This document shows, in pieces, positions 29,474 through 38,904 of a DNA stretch of 64,000 nucleotides. How positions within the stretch are numbered: the first letter of the stretch is position 1; every line of letters starts with the position of its first letter. Location: assembly GCA_002721615.1 (NCBI GenBank), contig PBKW01000005.1, positions 239 to 64,238 on the forward strand, in the 5' to 3' direction. The position numbers and the translations under genes are program-made. The notes beneath the pieces were generated by a model. The model was not told where the DNA came from. It saw nothing but the letters and a program-made list of their open reading frames with translations, and did no database searches. This DNA comes from Chloroflexota bacterium (lineage in GTDB: Bacteria; Chloroflexota; Dehalococcoidia; Lucifugimonadales; Lucifugimonadaceae).

Positions 29474-30525
29474 TACTTAATTATTGCTCTTCCTGCTATT
29501 TGACCTGAATCAAGTTTGTTGCATGCGTCATTTATTTGATTCAATTTAAAGCTTGTGGTTACTAATTTATCTATAGGAAATTTTCCTTGTCTATATAAAT
29601 CTAAGAAATAGGGAAAATCTTTTTCTGGATAAGTAGATCCTAAGCTTCCTCTGTATATTTTTTGATGATACATAAATAATTCAGGGTTTATATCTATTTT
29701 ATTCACTGCAGGCATTCCTATTAGAACTGACATCCCTCCGTGATTGTCGGCACCTGAGCCTCCCCCTTTAGTTACAGATAATATTTGCTCCATAGTTATT
29801 TTTACTCCTATGGCATCAAATGCATAATCTACTCCTCCATTCGAAATATCTAAAATTTCCTCAACTGCATTATTTTCTTTTGCATTTACTATATGAGTAG
29901 CACCAAATTTTTTTGAGAATTCTAATTTTTCGTTATCTAGATCTACAACTATAATTTTTGAAGCTTTTAGTATTGATGCCATTGCTATAGCAGATAAACC
30001 TACTCCTCCAGCTCCAAATACTGTAACCGTATCGCCTTCTTTTACTTTTGCAGTGTTTTTTACAGCTCCAGCTCCAGTGAGTACAGCACAGCCAACAATG
30101 GAGGATTCTGGAGAAGAATCTTTAGGATCTATTTTCACAAGGAATTCATCTTCACATATGATAGTTTCAGCCCAGGTAAATACCATACGTACATATACAG
30201 GCTTTTCTTTGTAAGTAATTCCTTCTATTGTTGGTACATATCTTCCAGTTTTTGGAATTCTTGATACCCAGGTTACAATAACATGATCTCCTTCTTTAAC
30301 ATATTTAGAATCTGGCCCTACTTTGGTAACTATTCCTACAGCTTCATGACCTAAGCTTAAGGGTCTAGTTAATTGTGGATCATGCATATGATGTAGTTGG
30401 GAATGGCAAATCCCACTTGAAATTAGTTTAACTTGAACTTGTTTTTTAATCGGATCAGGTATTTCTATTTCATCTACTATGAGATTGCTTTTGGGATCTA
30501 ATTGTATTGCAGCTATAGATTTCAT
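29470..30525 (-). CDS. Zinc-dependent alcohol dehydrogenase (MDR family)
   Basis: GHEAVGIV zinc motif and GAGGVGLS NAD motif. 351 aa. Confidence 0.85.
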   Translation of the reverse strand: MKSIAAIQLDPKSNLIVDEIEIPDPIKKQVQVKLISSGICHSQLHHMHDPQLTRPLSLGHEAVGIVTKVGPDSKYVKEGDHVIVTWVSRIPKTGRYVPTIEGITYKEKPVYVRMVFTWAETIICEDEFLVKIDPKDSSPESSIVGCAVLTGAGAVKNTAKVKEGDTVTVFGAGGVGLSAIAMASILKASKIIVVDLDNEKLEFSKKFGATHIVNAKENNAVEEILDISNGGVDYAFDAIGVKITMEQILSVTKGGGSGADNHGGMSVLIGMPAVNKIDINPELFMYHQKIYRGSLGSTYPEKDFPYFLDLYRQGKFPIDKLVTTSFKLNQINDACNKLDSGQIAGRAIIKY

Positions 30526-30597
30526 TTTTTCCTAATTTTATTCTTTAATTTTAGTATGAATTATTTATATACAAAAACAAACATTGATATTATTTTT

Positions 30598-31833
30598 TTA
30601 AGAGAAATGCTTAGATATCATTTGCCTAACCATGCTTAAGGCATACATAGAGGCTCTTTTTTTATCCGGAACACCTCTTCCTGCTGATCTAATATGTTTT
30701 ATTTCTTTGAACTTATTTCCTACTATCGCAATATATGTATTACCTTTTCCTAAGTTTTGAGTTTTTATTTCTCCTTTTTCCACTCCATGTAATGCTAATC
30801 CTAAGTCAGAATTGGATACAGTTTTTGCTAACTCCGCCATAGATATTGCTAATTCTTTATGTGAATTATTAGTAATTTTAGTTTTTAATAATTTATTTAT
30901 TGTGTCATATGGGTTTTTATTATTTAGTACGATGCCTTGATTAAACAAGTCTTTATTTGTTGCCTGAAAAGTATTTGATATTGTGCCACCAGAAATATCT
31001 TCACAGGTTGAGATAGTAAGATTAAATTTTTCTAACAAATTGCCCACTGTGTTTTCTAAAGTGTCTTCGTCTGTTCCAAAGATGTTGTCTCCCAATAATT
31101 GTCGGATTTCTTTCTCAATAGGTTTTATTAAAGCCATTGCTGAATTTTGATCTTTTGCTTTTGCTGTAATTCTTACATCAACTTGTCCTGGATGAGCAAG
31201 AACGCCTACAGTTGGATTTGAGGAATTTTTCATTATTTCACCTATAAGGTGATCCACATTACTTTCACCTAAATCTGAAACTTTCAGAACTCGATAGTGT
31301 ATTGTTTCTTTTAGGTCATATTTACTTCTCAGATAAGGAATTATTTCATTTTCTATAAGCCATTTCATTTCAAAAGGTACTCCAGGTACAGATATTATAG
31401 ATGTATTTTTGTATTCAACTATAAAAGCCGGTGCGGTTCCGTTGGGATTTTTTATTACTATTGCATTTTCGGGTATAGTTGCTTGTTTTTCATTGTTTTT
31501 AGTTAGGATGAATCCTCTTTTCCTGAATCTTTTTTCTAATTCTTCTAATGATTCTTTATGTAATACCACCTTTCTTTCAGTACATGATGCAACCATCTCT
31601 CTTGTTAAATCATCTTGAGTAGGGCCAATTCCTCCAGTAGTAATTACTATATCTGACCTATCTATGCTTTTTGTAATGATTTCTTTCATTCTCTCAGGAT
31701 TATCTCCCACAATAGTTTTATAGAATAAGTTAATACCATTTTCAGCTAGTCTTTGAGCTATCCATGCAGAATTACTGTCAATAATTTGGCCTAGTAATAA
31801 TTCTGATCCAATAGCAATGATTTCAGCATTCAT
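30598..31833 (-). CDS. cinA: Competence/damage-inducible protein CinA (MoCF-binding domain plus PncC-type domain)
   Basis: N-terminus MNAEIIAIGSELLLGQIIDSNSAWIA and GGIGPTQDDLT. 411 aa. GAGAGG RBS. Confidence 0.85.
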   Translation of the reverse strand: MNAEIIAIGSELLLGQIIDSNSAWIAQRLAENGINLFYKTIVGDNPERMKEIITKSIDRSDIVITTGGIGPTQDDLTREMVASCTERKVVLHKESLEELEKRFRKRGFILTKNNEKQATIPENAIVIKNPNGTAPAFIVEYKNTSIISVPGVPFEMKWLIENEIIPYLRSKYDLKETIHYRVLKVSDLGESNVDHLIGEIMKNSSNPTVGVLAHPGQVDVRITAKAKDQNSAMALIKPIEKEIRQLLGDNIFGTDEDTLENTVGNLLEKFNLTISTCEDISGGTISNTFQATNKDLFNQGIVLNNKNPYDTINKLLKTKITNNSHKELAISMAELAKTVSNSDLGLALHGVEKGEIKTQNLGKGNTYIAIVGNKFKEIKHIRSAGRGVPDKKRASMYALSMVRQMISKHFS

Positions 31834-31908
31834 AATTACCTCTCGGGCTTTATTTTATAAATAAGTCAGTAATTCTCAAAAAAAAAAGAAAAATGACAAA
31901 TAAATGTA

Positions 31909-31937
31909 TTGAATAATCAGAACAAACGTTCTATTAT
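31909..31937 (+). promoter_or_regulatory. Putative sigma-70-type promoter for the ORF at 31992
   Basis: TTGAAT (31909-31914), a 17-bp spacer, then TATTAT (31932-31937). GGGAG RBS at 31979-31983, 8 nt before the ATG. Confidence 0.5.
31919..31932. promoter_or_regulatory. LexA (Cheo-type SOS) box 1: AGAACAAACGTTCT
   Basis: Perfect 14-bp palindrome with the GAAC-N4-GTTC core. It occupies the spacer of the putative promoter. Confidence 0.65.
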
Positions 31938-31938
31938 T

Positions 31939-31952
31939 AGAACATAAGTTCT
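31939..31952. promoter_or_regulatory. LexA (Cheo-type SOS) box 2: AGAACATAAGTTCT
   Basis: Perfect 14-bp palindrome starting exactly 20 bp after box 1. It overlies the predicted transcription start. Confidence 0.65.
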
Positions 31953-31991
31953 TAATTTTGTTAATTAAACAGTTTATTGGGAGTTATATAA

Positions 31992-32288
31992 ATGTATACA
32001 GATCTTAATTTAGTAAGAAGTGATACTTTGCCAGAATATTCTAACTATATTGATAATGGGTGTGATTTATTTGATTCATGTTTGAATTGTCCTTTACCTA
32101 GATGTAGGTATGATGACCCTGGTTGGATTCAAAAAGAGAAAATAGAAGAAAGAGATATGAAAATTTACAGAAAAAGAAAGGAAGGTTGTTCTATTAAAAT
32201 ATTAGCCAAGGAATATAATCTTAGTACAAGAACAATACATAGAGCTATGAGAAGAATAGAAAAATATAATGAAGAATTTAATTTGTAA
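31992..32288 (+). CDS. Small Cys4-cluster + helix-turn-helix protein of unknown family (putative SOS-controlled regulator)
   Basis: 98 aa with a strong RBS. C24-x5-C30-x2-C33-x4-C38 (GCDLFDSCLNCPLPRC). C-terminal HTH-like segment ILAKEYNLSTRTIHRAMRRI. Confidence 0.6.
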   Translation: MYTDLNLVRSDTLPEYSNYIDNGCDLFDSCLNCPLPRCRYDDPGWIQKEKIEERDMKIYRKRKEGCSIKILAKEYNLSTRTIHRAMRRIEKYNEEFNL

Positions 32289-32949
32289 ATCCAGCTTGAT
32301 ATATAGCCCTTTCTGCTATATTAGTAGCTCTGTCTGCTATTCTTTCTATATTGTGAGATATCCATATAAGATATGTGCCGTTTCTTATGTTTATGGGATT
32401 TGATTCTCTAGACATTAAATCAATCATTTCATCTTGAATAGAGGCATTAAGTTGATCTACTTTATCGTCATCAGGAAGTATAGAACTAGACATTTTTAAT
32501 ACCTCTTCTCTATTATTTTCTGTTACAGCCTGTAAACTTTTTTTCATCATATTAATGGATAAACTTCCCATCTTAGGAATATCTATTAATTCTTTAAATG
32601 TTTTATTAGGTCCCATTTTTATACTTATTTGGGCGATACCAGAGGCATAATCACCCATTCTTTCAAGTTCTTGGGAACATAATAAAGAAGAAAAGACTTT
32701 TCTTAAATCACCTGCTACTGGGGCAAATTCTCTAATAATTCTTATACAATGATCTTCTATTTGATATCTTTTTTTGTCTATTTGATCATCATTTTTTATT
32801 ACTTCATTAGATTGTTCTATATTTCTGGATATTAAAGAATCTAGTGATTGAGATATAGCATTTTCAACTAGTCCGCCTAGAAAAATGAGGTCAGTTTGAA
32901 GCAGAGTAAGTTCATGACTTAAGGCTTCTCCTCCAGATTGTTGTATCAT
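32278..32949 (-). CDS. phoU: Phosphate signaling complex protein PhoU
   Basis: Two PhoU repeats with E-x3-RMGDYA and ERIADRATNIAE motifs. 223 aa. Confidence 0.9.
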   Translation of the reverse strand: MIQQSGGEALSHELTLLQTDLIFLGGLVENAISQSLDSLISRNIEQSNEVIKNDDQIDKKRYQIEDHCIRIIREFAPVAGDLRKVFSSLLCSQELERMGDYASGIAQISIKMGPNKTFKELIDIPKMGSLSINMMKKSLQAVTENNREEVLKMSSSILPDDDKVDQLNASIQDEMIDLMSRESNPINIRNGTYLIWISHNIERIADRATNIAERAIYQAGFTN

Positions 32950-32972
32950 TTTAATTTTCCTTTCGATAAATT

Positions 32973-33767
32973 TTATCCTATTCTACCAGTGACGTAATCT
33001 TCTGTTCTTTTGTCAAGGGGATTTCCAAATATTTGTTCATTAGTTCCATATTCTACCAATTCGCCTATTCTATTTTCATCTGACATCATACAAGCAGCAT
33101 AATTTGATACACGAGCTGCTTGTTGCATGTTATGAGTTACAATTACAATAGTTACATTTTCAGATAATATTTTTATTAAATCTTCTATTTTTTGAGTAGA
33201 TATTGGATCTAGAGCAGAAGCAGGTTCGTCCATCAGTATTACTTCAGGGTTTACAGCTAAAGCTCTAGCTATACATAATCTTTGTTGTTGTCCTCCAGAC
33301 AATTCTAAGGCATTGTCCTTAAGTCTATCTTTAACTTCATCCCAAAGGTCTGCTCTTTTCAAAGAATGTTCAACTAGTTCTTCTATATTTAGATTTAATT
33401 TGTTTATTTTAGGTCCAAATGCAACATTATCAAAAATAGACTTTGGAAAAGGATTGGGTTTCTGAAATACCATACCTATTTTAAATCTTATGTTAGTGGG
33501 GTCGAGATTTTTTTGATAAATATCATTTCCTTTGAAGAAAACATTACCAGTAACATTCGCAGCTTTTATAGTGTCATTCATACGGTTAAAACATCTTAGA
33601 AGAGTACTTTTTCCACATCCTGATGGACCTATGAGTGCAACTACTTTATTTTCAGGAATTTGAAAATTTAAAGCTTTGAAAGCAGGTTTAGAAGAATATT
33701 CGACAGTTAAATTCTTACATTCTAAAATTGGTTGGTTTTTGAATGTATGAAATTTTTCCTCAGACAT
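32973..33767 (-). CDS. pstB: Phosphate ABC transporter ATP-binding protein
   Basis: Walker [10 protein letters not shown], signature LSGGQQQRL, Walker B ILMDEP. The track ORF extends to 33818, but Met18 (ATG at 33767) gives the usual ~48-aa distance to Walker A and leaves a 57-bp divergent spacer to rlmN. Confidence 0.88.
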   Translation of the reverse strand: MSEEKFHTFKNQPILECKNLTVEYSSKPAFKALNFQIPENKVVALIGPSGCGKSTLLRCFNRMNDTIKAANVTGNVFFKGNDIYQKNLDPTNIRFKIGMVFQKPNPFPKSIFDNVAFGPKINKLNLNIEELVEHSLKRADLWDEVKDRLKDNALELSGGQQQRLCIARALAVNPEVILMDEPASALDPISTQKIEDLIKILSENVTIVIVTHNMQQAARVSNYAACMMSDENRIGELVEYGTNEQIFGNPLDKRTEDYVTGRIG

Positions 33768-33824
33768 AATATGATTAAAATTTAATTTTAGCCCATTTAA
33801 AACTGAATCATATACCAAAAGAAT

Positions 33825-34949
33825 ATGGAAATAAATAAAAAACTCATTTTAGGATTGGAGAAAAAACAGATAAGTAAAGAGATTTTTGAAATAGGCCATT
33901 CTTCTTATAGGTCTGATCAAATTTGGCATTCAATTTATAGAGATTTTATTTCTGATTTTGATGAAATAACCACAATTCCTCAGTCACTAATAATTAAACT
34001 TAAAGATGACTATATTTTTAATTCAATAGATCTTGTACTAAAAAAAATATCTGAAGATAAAAGTACAGATAAGTATCTCTGGAAACTTCGTGACAATGAA
34101 TATATTGAGACGGTTTTAATGAGATATGATCCTGATGGCCATAGACGTAGAAGAAGAACAGTATGTGTTTCAACACAGGCAGGGTGTGCTTTGGGTTGTA
34201 CATTTTGTGCTACTGGTCAACAGGGATTTTCAAGGCAATTAACTGTTGCAGAAATAGTTGAACAAGTTCTGAATGTAAAAAAAGATGTAGTAAAAGAAAA
34301 GAAAAATCTGGTTAATAAATATAGTTTGAAAAATGACGAAATTAATGATTTAACAAATGTAGTGTTTATGGGAATGGGAGAACCTTTAGCCAATTACGAA
34401 AATACCATGTCTTCTATTAGGATATTGAATGATCCTAAGGGGTTAAATATAGGAGCAAGACATATAACTATTTCTACAGTAGGATTGGTGCCTCAAATAA
34501 TAAAATTAGCTGAAGAAGATATACAAGTTAATTTAGCTGTATCACTTCATGCTCCTGACAACATTACAAGATCAGAAACTATGCCAGTAAACAAAAGATA
34601 TCCTGTAGAAGAGCTTATAGGAGCGTGTAAAGAATACTTTAGGAAGACAAATAGAAAAATTTTTTTTGAATATGTTTTATTGTCAGGACAAAATGATACT
34701 TTGGAGCATGCAAATAAATTGAGTGAATTGTTGAAAGGATTATTGTGTCATGTGAATTTGATTCCAGTGAACCCCACTGCTGGGAGCTCTTTAGAAAGAT
34801 CAAAGCACAATGATATAAAAAATTTTAGAGAAATACTGTTAAAAAATGCTATTTCTAGTACTATGCGTATGGAGAAAGGAATAGATATTAATGCTGGCTG
34901 TGGACAGTTGAGATCAAGTTACATAAGTATGGAGAAAAAGAATGTCTAA
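33825..34949 (+). CDS. rlmN: 23S rRNA/tRNA adenine-C2 methyltransferase (radical SAM)
   Basis: [11 protein letters not shown] (CxxxCxxC), GMGEPL, and a C-terminal Cys in NAGCGQL. Confidence 0.9.
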   Translation: MEINKKLILGLEKKQISKEIFEIGHSSYRSDQIWHSIYRDFISDFDEITTIPQSLIIKLKDDYIFNSIDLVLKKISEDKSTDKYLWKLRDNEYIETVLMRYDPDGHRRRRRTVCVSTQAGCALGCTFCATGQQGFSRQLTVAEIVEQVLNVKKDVVKEKKNLVNKYSLKNDEINDLTNVVFMGMGEPLANYENTMSSIRILNDPKGLNIGARHITISTVGLVPQIIKLAEEDIQVNLAVSLHAPDNITRSETMPVNKRYPVEELIGACKEYFRKTNRKIFFEYVLLSGQNDTLEHANKLSELLKGLLCHVNLIPVNPTAGSSLERSKHNDIKNFREILLKNAISSTMRMEKGIDINAGCGQLRSSYISMEKKNV

Positions 34950-36075
34950 TATTTTATGGCCTGAAATATATAAAAAACTTGGAGTTAAGCCTGTAATTAA
35001 TGCACGAAGTTGGGTTACTCATTTAGGTGGCAGTTTAATGCCTAGAGAAGTTTTATCTGCAATGGAAGAAGCTTCAAAATCATTTGTAGATATTGTAGAA
35101 CTTCATAAATCCGCAGGAAAAATAATTTCAAAAATATGTAAATCAGAATCTGGTTTAGTTACTGCAGGCTGTGCGGCAGCGCAAGTTTTGATGTCTGCTG
35201 GATGTATTACTGGTACTGATAAAAAATTAATCAGTGAATTACCAAATCCTTCTACTCACAAGAAAGAAATTTTAATTTTTAAAGGGCAAAGAAATCATTA
35301 TGATAAAAATTTTGAAATGTCTGGTGCTGTTTTGAAAGAATTTGGAGATGAAAGTGATGTTAGTCCAAAAGATTTGTATCAAAAGATAGATGAAAAAACA
35401 TGTGCAGTAGCTTTTGCTATGAGCCCCTTTTTAAGTACAGGTTTAGGTGTATTAGAAACAGCGAAAATAGCTCACGAGTTTAATGTGCCTTTGATAATTG
35501 ATGCATCTGCTGTGCTTCCTCCAGTAGAGAATCTTTATAGATTTATAGACCAAGGTGCTGATTTAATAGCTTTTAGTGGCGGCAAAGGAATTAGAGGCCC
35601 ACAAGATACTGGCATTCTTGCTGGTAATAAAGATCTTGTTGATGCAGCATTTGAAAACATGATTTGTTTTGATTCTCCTAAAGCTACTATAGGAAGATCT
35701 ATGAAAGTTTCTAAGGAAGGAATAGTTGGTTTAGTTACTGCCTTAGAAATGTTTATAGATTCAGATCAAGATGCTATATGGGATTCTTGGAGGCAAAAAG
35801 CTCAATTTATTGTTGAGCATGTGAGTTCTAGGGCAGGTTTAACCATTAAACTTGAGGAAAATGAAGATAGGCAAGGACCTCAAGCTGTTTTGTATTTTGA
35901 TAATATGTGGAAAGGTCTAAATTCTGAAGAAATAAGAGAATCTTTGTTAGATAATGATCCATCCATATATGTAGGGGCTGGTGGTGTTTCTGGTGAAATA
36001 AATATTGTTGTAGTAAACCTTCAAGATGGTGAGGAGAAAATAATTTCTGATAAATTAAATGAAATATTAAATTAA
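34942..36075 (+). CDS. SelA-like / DgaE-like fold-type-I PLP-dependent enzyme
   Basis: 377 aa. PVINARS..THLGGS N-terminus and FSGGKGIRGPQDTGIL (PLP-lysine context as in the SelA family). 8-bp overlap with rlmN. Confidence 0.6.
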   Translation: MSNILWPEIYKKLGVKPVINARSWVTHLGGSLMPREVLSAMEEASKSFVDIVELHKSAGKIISKICKSESGLVTAGCAAAQVLMSAGCITGTDKKLISELPNPSTHKKEILIFKGQRNHYDKNFEMSGAVLKEFGDESDVSPKDLYQKIDEKTCAVAFAMSPFLSTGLGVLETAKIAHEFNVPLIIDASAVLPPVENLYRFIDQGADLIAFSGGKGIRGPQDTGILAGNKDLVDAAFENMICFDSPKATIGRSMKVSKEGIVGLVTALEMFIDSDQDAIWDSWRQKAQFIVEHVSSRAGLTIKLEENEDRQGPQAVLYFDNMWKGLNSEEIRESLLDNDPSIYVGAGGVSGEINIVVVNLQDGEEKIISDKLNEILN

Positions 36076-38445
36076 TTCAATTATAGTAATACTCTCTTCA
36101 CCAAATTTATTTTTTTCATATTTAAATGATGATACTTCAGCCATTTTTGTAAGTATTAATTTTACTTCTTGTTGAAGTATTTTTTTGCCTACTCCATGAA
36201 TTATTTTGCATTCTTTTAAGTCATTTAATATACAATCGTCAATAAATTTGGTTATAGAGTCATATAAATTTATTGTTCGCATCCCACGCACATCTAAGGT
36301 TGATAATTTAGGAGTGAATTTTTTATTAAGTCTAGATGATAGGTTTTCAACTTCTTTATTGTTTTCTAAAAATCCATTTATTTTGGAGATTCTTTCACCA
36401 GATAATTCAATAGTTACTTTACCCATTAACAGTTGGAACTTATTTTCAGGTAATATTTTTTTTATTTTTGCTGTTGTGTTCATTCCAAAAATTCTTACAG
36501 TATCTCCGATTATAAGATTTTCTGGTAAATCAAATTTATTATTCTCATTAGAATCAAGAGTTTTGTTAGAAATGATAGATTTTTCAATAATTTTTATATT
36601 TTTTGAGAGTGATTTTTTTTGATCAAGAGTAATTTTATTTTTAAGATTTTTTAATTCGAGTCTTTTTTTCTGAATATAAGATAATAATTTTGTTCTTGTT
36701 TCCTCAATTAACTTTTTCTGTTTGTTATTGAAATTATTGATTTCGTTAGAGAGCACTTTTTTTTCATTGTTTAAATCAGATTTAATTATTTCTATTTCTT
36801 GTAATTTAAAATCTATTTCTTCTTGATCCTTTTGAATTTTTTTTAATAATTCTTGAGATTTTTTATGATTTGAATCAATAAATGTTTTTGCATTTTTGAT
36901 TATTTGCTTATTCATGCCCAACTGTGTGGCTACTGAAATAGCATAACTTATACTAGGGCGACCAATAGTTAATTTATATGTAGGCATCATAGTTTCAGGG
37001 TGTAAGTCTACACTTGCGTTAATACAACCAATGGTTTTGTCAGCAAATTCAGTAATATTTCTATGATGTGTGGTAATTATCGTAGGAATTTTTTTCTCAG
37101 CGAGAACTTTTAATATAGCACACGCTAATGCTGATCCTTCAACTGGATCTGTGCCAGAACCTAATTCATCTAAAAGCACTAATGTATTTTTGGTAGTTTG
37201 TTTTAATATATTAATTACATTTTTTATATGGGCTGAGAAAGTAGAAGTTGAATTATTTATGTCTTGCTGATCTCCTATATCAATGAATATGTTTTTAAAA
37301 ACAGCTAATTTGCTTTTGGGATTAGCAGTAATTCTTAGACCACTTTGATGCATAAGAGATAGAATACCTACAGTTTTTAATGCTATGGTTTTCCCTCCAG
37401 TATTTGGGCCAGTAATTACCAAACAATTAAAATTTGGCCCTAAAGATATATCAATGGGTATGGCTTGATTCCCAAGTAAAGGATGTCTAGCATCTTTTAA
37501 TACTATTGGTGAATCAGAGATTTTAAAATTTGTAGTAATGATTTGAGAACCTTTCATCTTTATACTTAATTTAGATCTTGCCAAGATGAAATCAATTTTT
37601 GATATTGAATTATATGTTTTTGATATTTTTTCAAAATTTGAAGAAATTAATTTTGTTAAATTTTTTAAAATTCTTTCTTCTTCTCTATATATTAAATTTG
37701 ATGTTTCTCTCCATTCATTACAGAGATTTATAGATTCTAGTGGTTCTATAAAAAGTGTAGATCCGGACTGTGACACATCATGAACAATTCCAGAGACATT
37801 TTGTCTTCTTTCAGATTTTACTTCTAGTACTAATCTATTATTTTTTGATGATATATTTGAAGATTGTAGAATATTTCTATCAATTTTATCTTTATATTTA
37901 GATAGAAAATCTGTTAGTTTTTTGTATTTGATTTTAGTTTCTGTTCTTAACTTTTTTAATTCTTTGCTTGCATTATCAAGGATTGTTCCGTTATTAGAAA
38001 TTTGTTTTAGTATTGTTGTATTAATATTTGTTAAATTTTCGATATCTAAAGACAATTTTTTTAGATGAGGAGTTTTTTTATCTAATTCTTTTATATTTTT
38101 TTTAAGATCTATAGATAATTTAATAAATTCTGAAATGTTTATTAAAGATTTTCCGGTAATAATTCTTTCAAGCTTTGCTTGTTGCAAATCATCAGTGAAA
38201 TCACTAACAGAATCAAAAGAGATATAATCTTTTTCATTTATTAATAAAATTCCTTCTTCCGTTTCTTCTTGTAATTTACAAGTTAAGTCAAAATCTACAG
38301 AAGGCTTAAAGTTTAGAGCTTTTTTTTTGGATTTGCTTAACGAAGTGCATTTAGACAGATTATTTCGAATAATATCGAATTCTAATAATTCTTCAACATT
38401 AATAGATGAAATAGATAATTCTTTGATTTTATTGTTTTTTACCAT
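36067..38445 (-). CDS. mutS2: Endonuclease MutS2 (MutS domain plus C-terminal Smr)
   Basis: Walker A GPNTGGKT, Walker B LLDELGSGTDP, a long coiled-coil, and an Smr domain LDVRGMR...HGVGKKILQ. Confidence 0.9.
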   Translation of the reverse strand: MVKNNKIKELSISSINVEELLEFDIIRNNLSKCTSLSKSKKKALNFKPSVDFDLTCKLQEETEEGILLINEKDYISFDSVSDFTDDLQQAKLERIITGKSLINISEFIKLSIDLKKNIKELDKKTPHLKKLSLDIENLTNINTTILKQISNNGTILDNASKELKKLRTETKIKYKKLTDFLSKYKDKIDRNILQSSNISSKNNRLVLEVKSERRQNVSGIVHDVSQSGSTLFIEPLESINLCNEWRETSNLIYREEERILKNLTKLISSNFEKISKTYNSISKIDFILARSKLSIKMKGSQIITTNFKISDSPIVLKDARHPLLGNQAIPIDISLGPNFNCLVITGPNTGGKTIALKTVGILSLMHQSGLRITANPKSKLAVFKNIFIDIGDQQDINNSTSTFSAHIKNVINILKQTTKNTLVLLDELGSGTDPVEGSALACAILKVLAEKKIPTIITTHHRNITEFADKTIGCINASVDLHPETMMPTYKLTIGRPSISYAISVATQLGMNKQIIKNAKTFIDSNHKKSQELLKKIQKDQEEIDFKLQEIEIIKSDLNNEKKVLSNEINNFNNKQKKLIEETRTKLLSYIQKKRLELKNLKNKITLDQKKSLSKNIKIIEKSIISNKTLDSNENNKFDLPENLIIGDTVRIFGMNTTAKIKKILPENKFQLLMGKVTIELSGERISKINGFLENNKEVENLSSRLNKKFTPKLSTLDVRGMRTINLYDSITKFIDDCILNDLKECKIIHGVGKKILQQEVKLILTKMAEVSSFKYEKNKFGEESITIIELI

Positions 38446-38517
38446 ATTTATAATTTTTATTATTATTAATATTTAATTATCTTATTAAATGAGAGTTTTG
38501 AAAATCTAAATAATAAT

Positions 38518-38901
38518 ATGAGTAAATTGTGGAAAAAATATTTTGATCAAGGATTAGATTGTGCTAGAAATGGACAACTAGAGTCTTCAATTGCATATTT
38601 TGATAGATCAGCAAAATTGAACCCTTTAAATTCAGAAATTGTTTACAATCTAGGAACTGCATATTTATCTCTAGGAATGCCAGAAGATGCTATAAAATCA
38701 TTTTCAGAAGCAATAAAAATAGATAGTAATAATTCTGATGCATTTGCTAATAGATCAATAGCGTATGCTTTTAAGGGAGATAAACATAATAGTGACTTAG
38801 ATTTTAATTTGGCTGTTAAGAAAGGCGTGGATCCTAAAAAATTGAGATTAATCATAGATAAAGCTATTGCTAATTCGATATCAAATAAAGAAAGTAAGTG
38901 A
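38518..38901 (+). CDS. Tetratricopeptide-repeat protein
   Basis: 127 aa with about three 34-residue repeats (for example YNLGTAYLSLGMPEDAIKSFSEAIKIDSNN). Confidence 0.7.
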   Translation: MSKLWKKYFDQGLDCARNGQLESSIAYFDRSAKLNPLNSEIVYNLGTAYLSLGMPEDAIKSFSEAIKIDSNNSDAFANRSIAYAFKGDKHNSDLDFNLAVKKGVDPKKLRLIIDKAIANSISNKESK

Positions 38902-38904
38902 AAA

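Noticed and set aside
33768-33818. The N-terminal 17 codons that the ORF track adds to pstB.
   Set aside because: The internal Met gives the normal spacing to Walker A and a plausible 57-bp divergent promoter region with rlmN. This is not certain, because the longer form cannot be excluded from sequence alone.
34260-34269. GAACAAGTTC inside rlmN.
   Set aside because: The spacer is 2 nt rather than 4, and it lies inside a coding region. It is not a LexA-box candidate.
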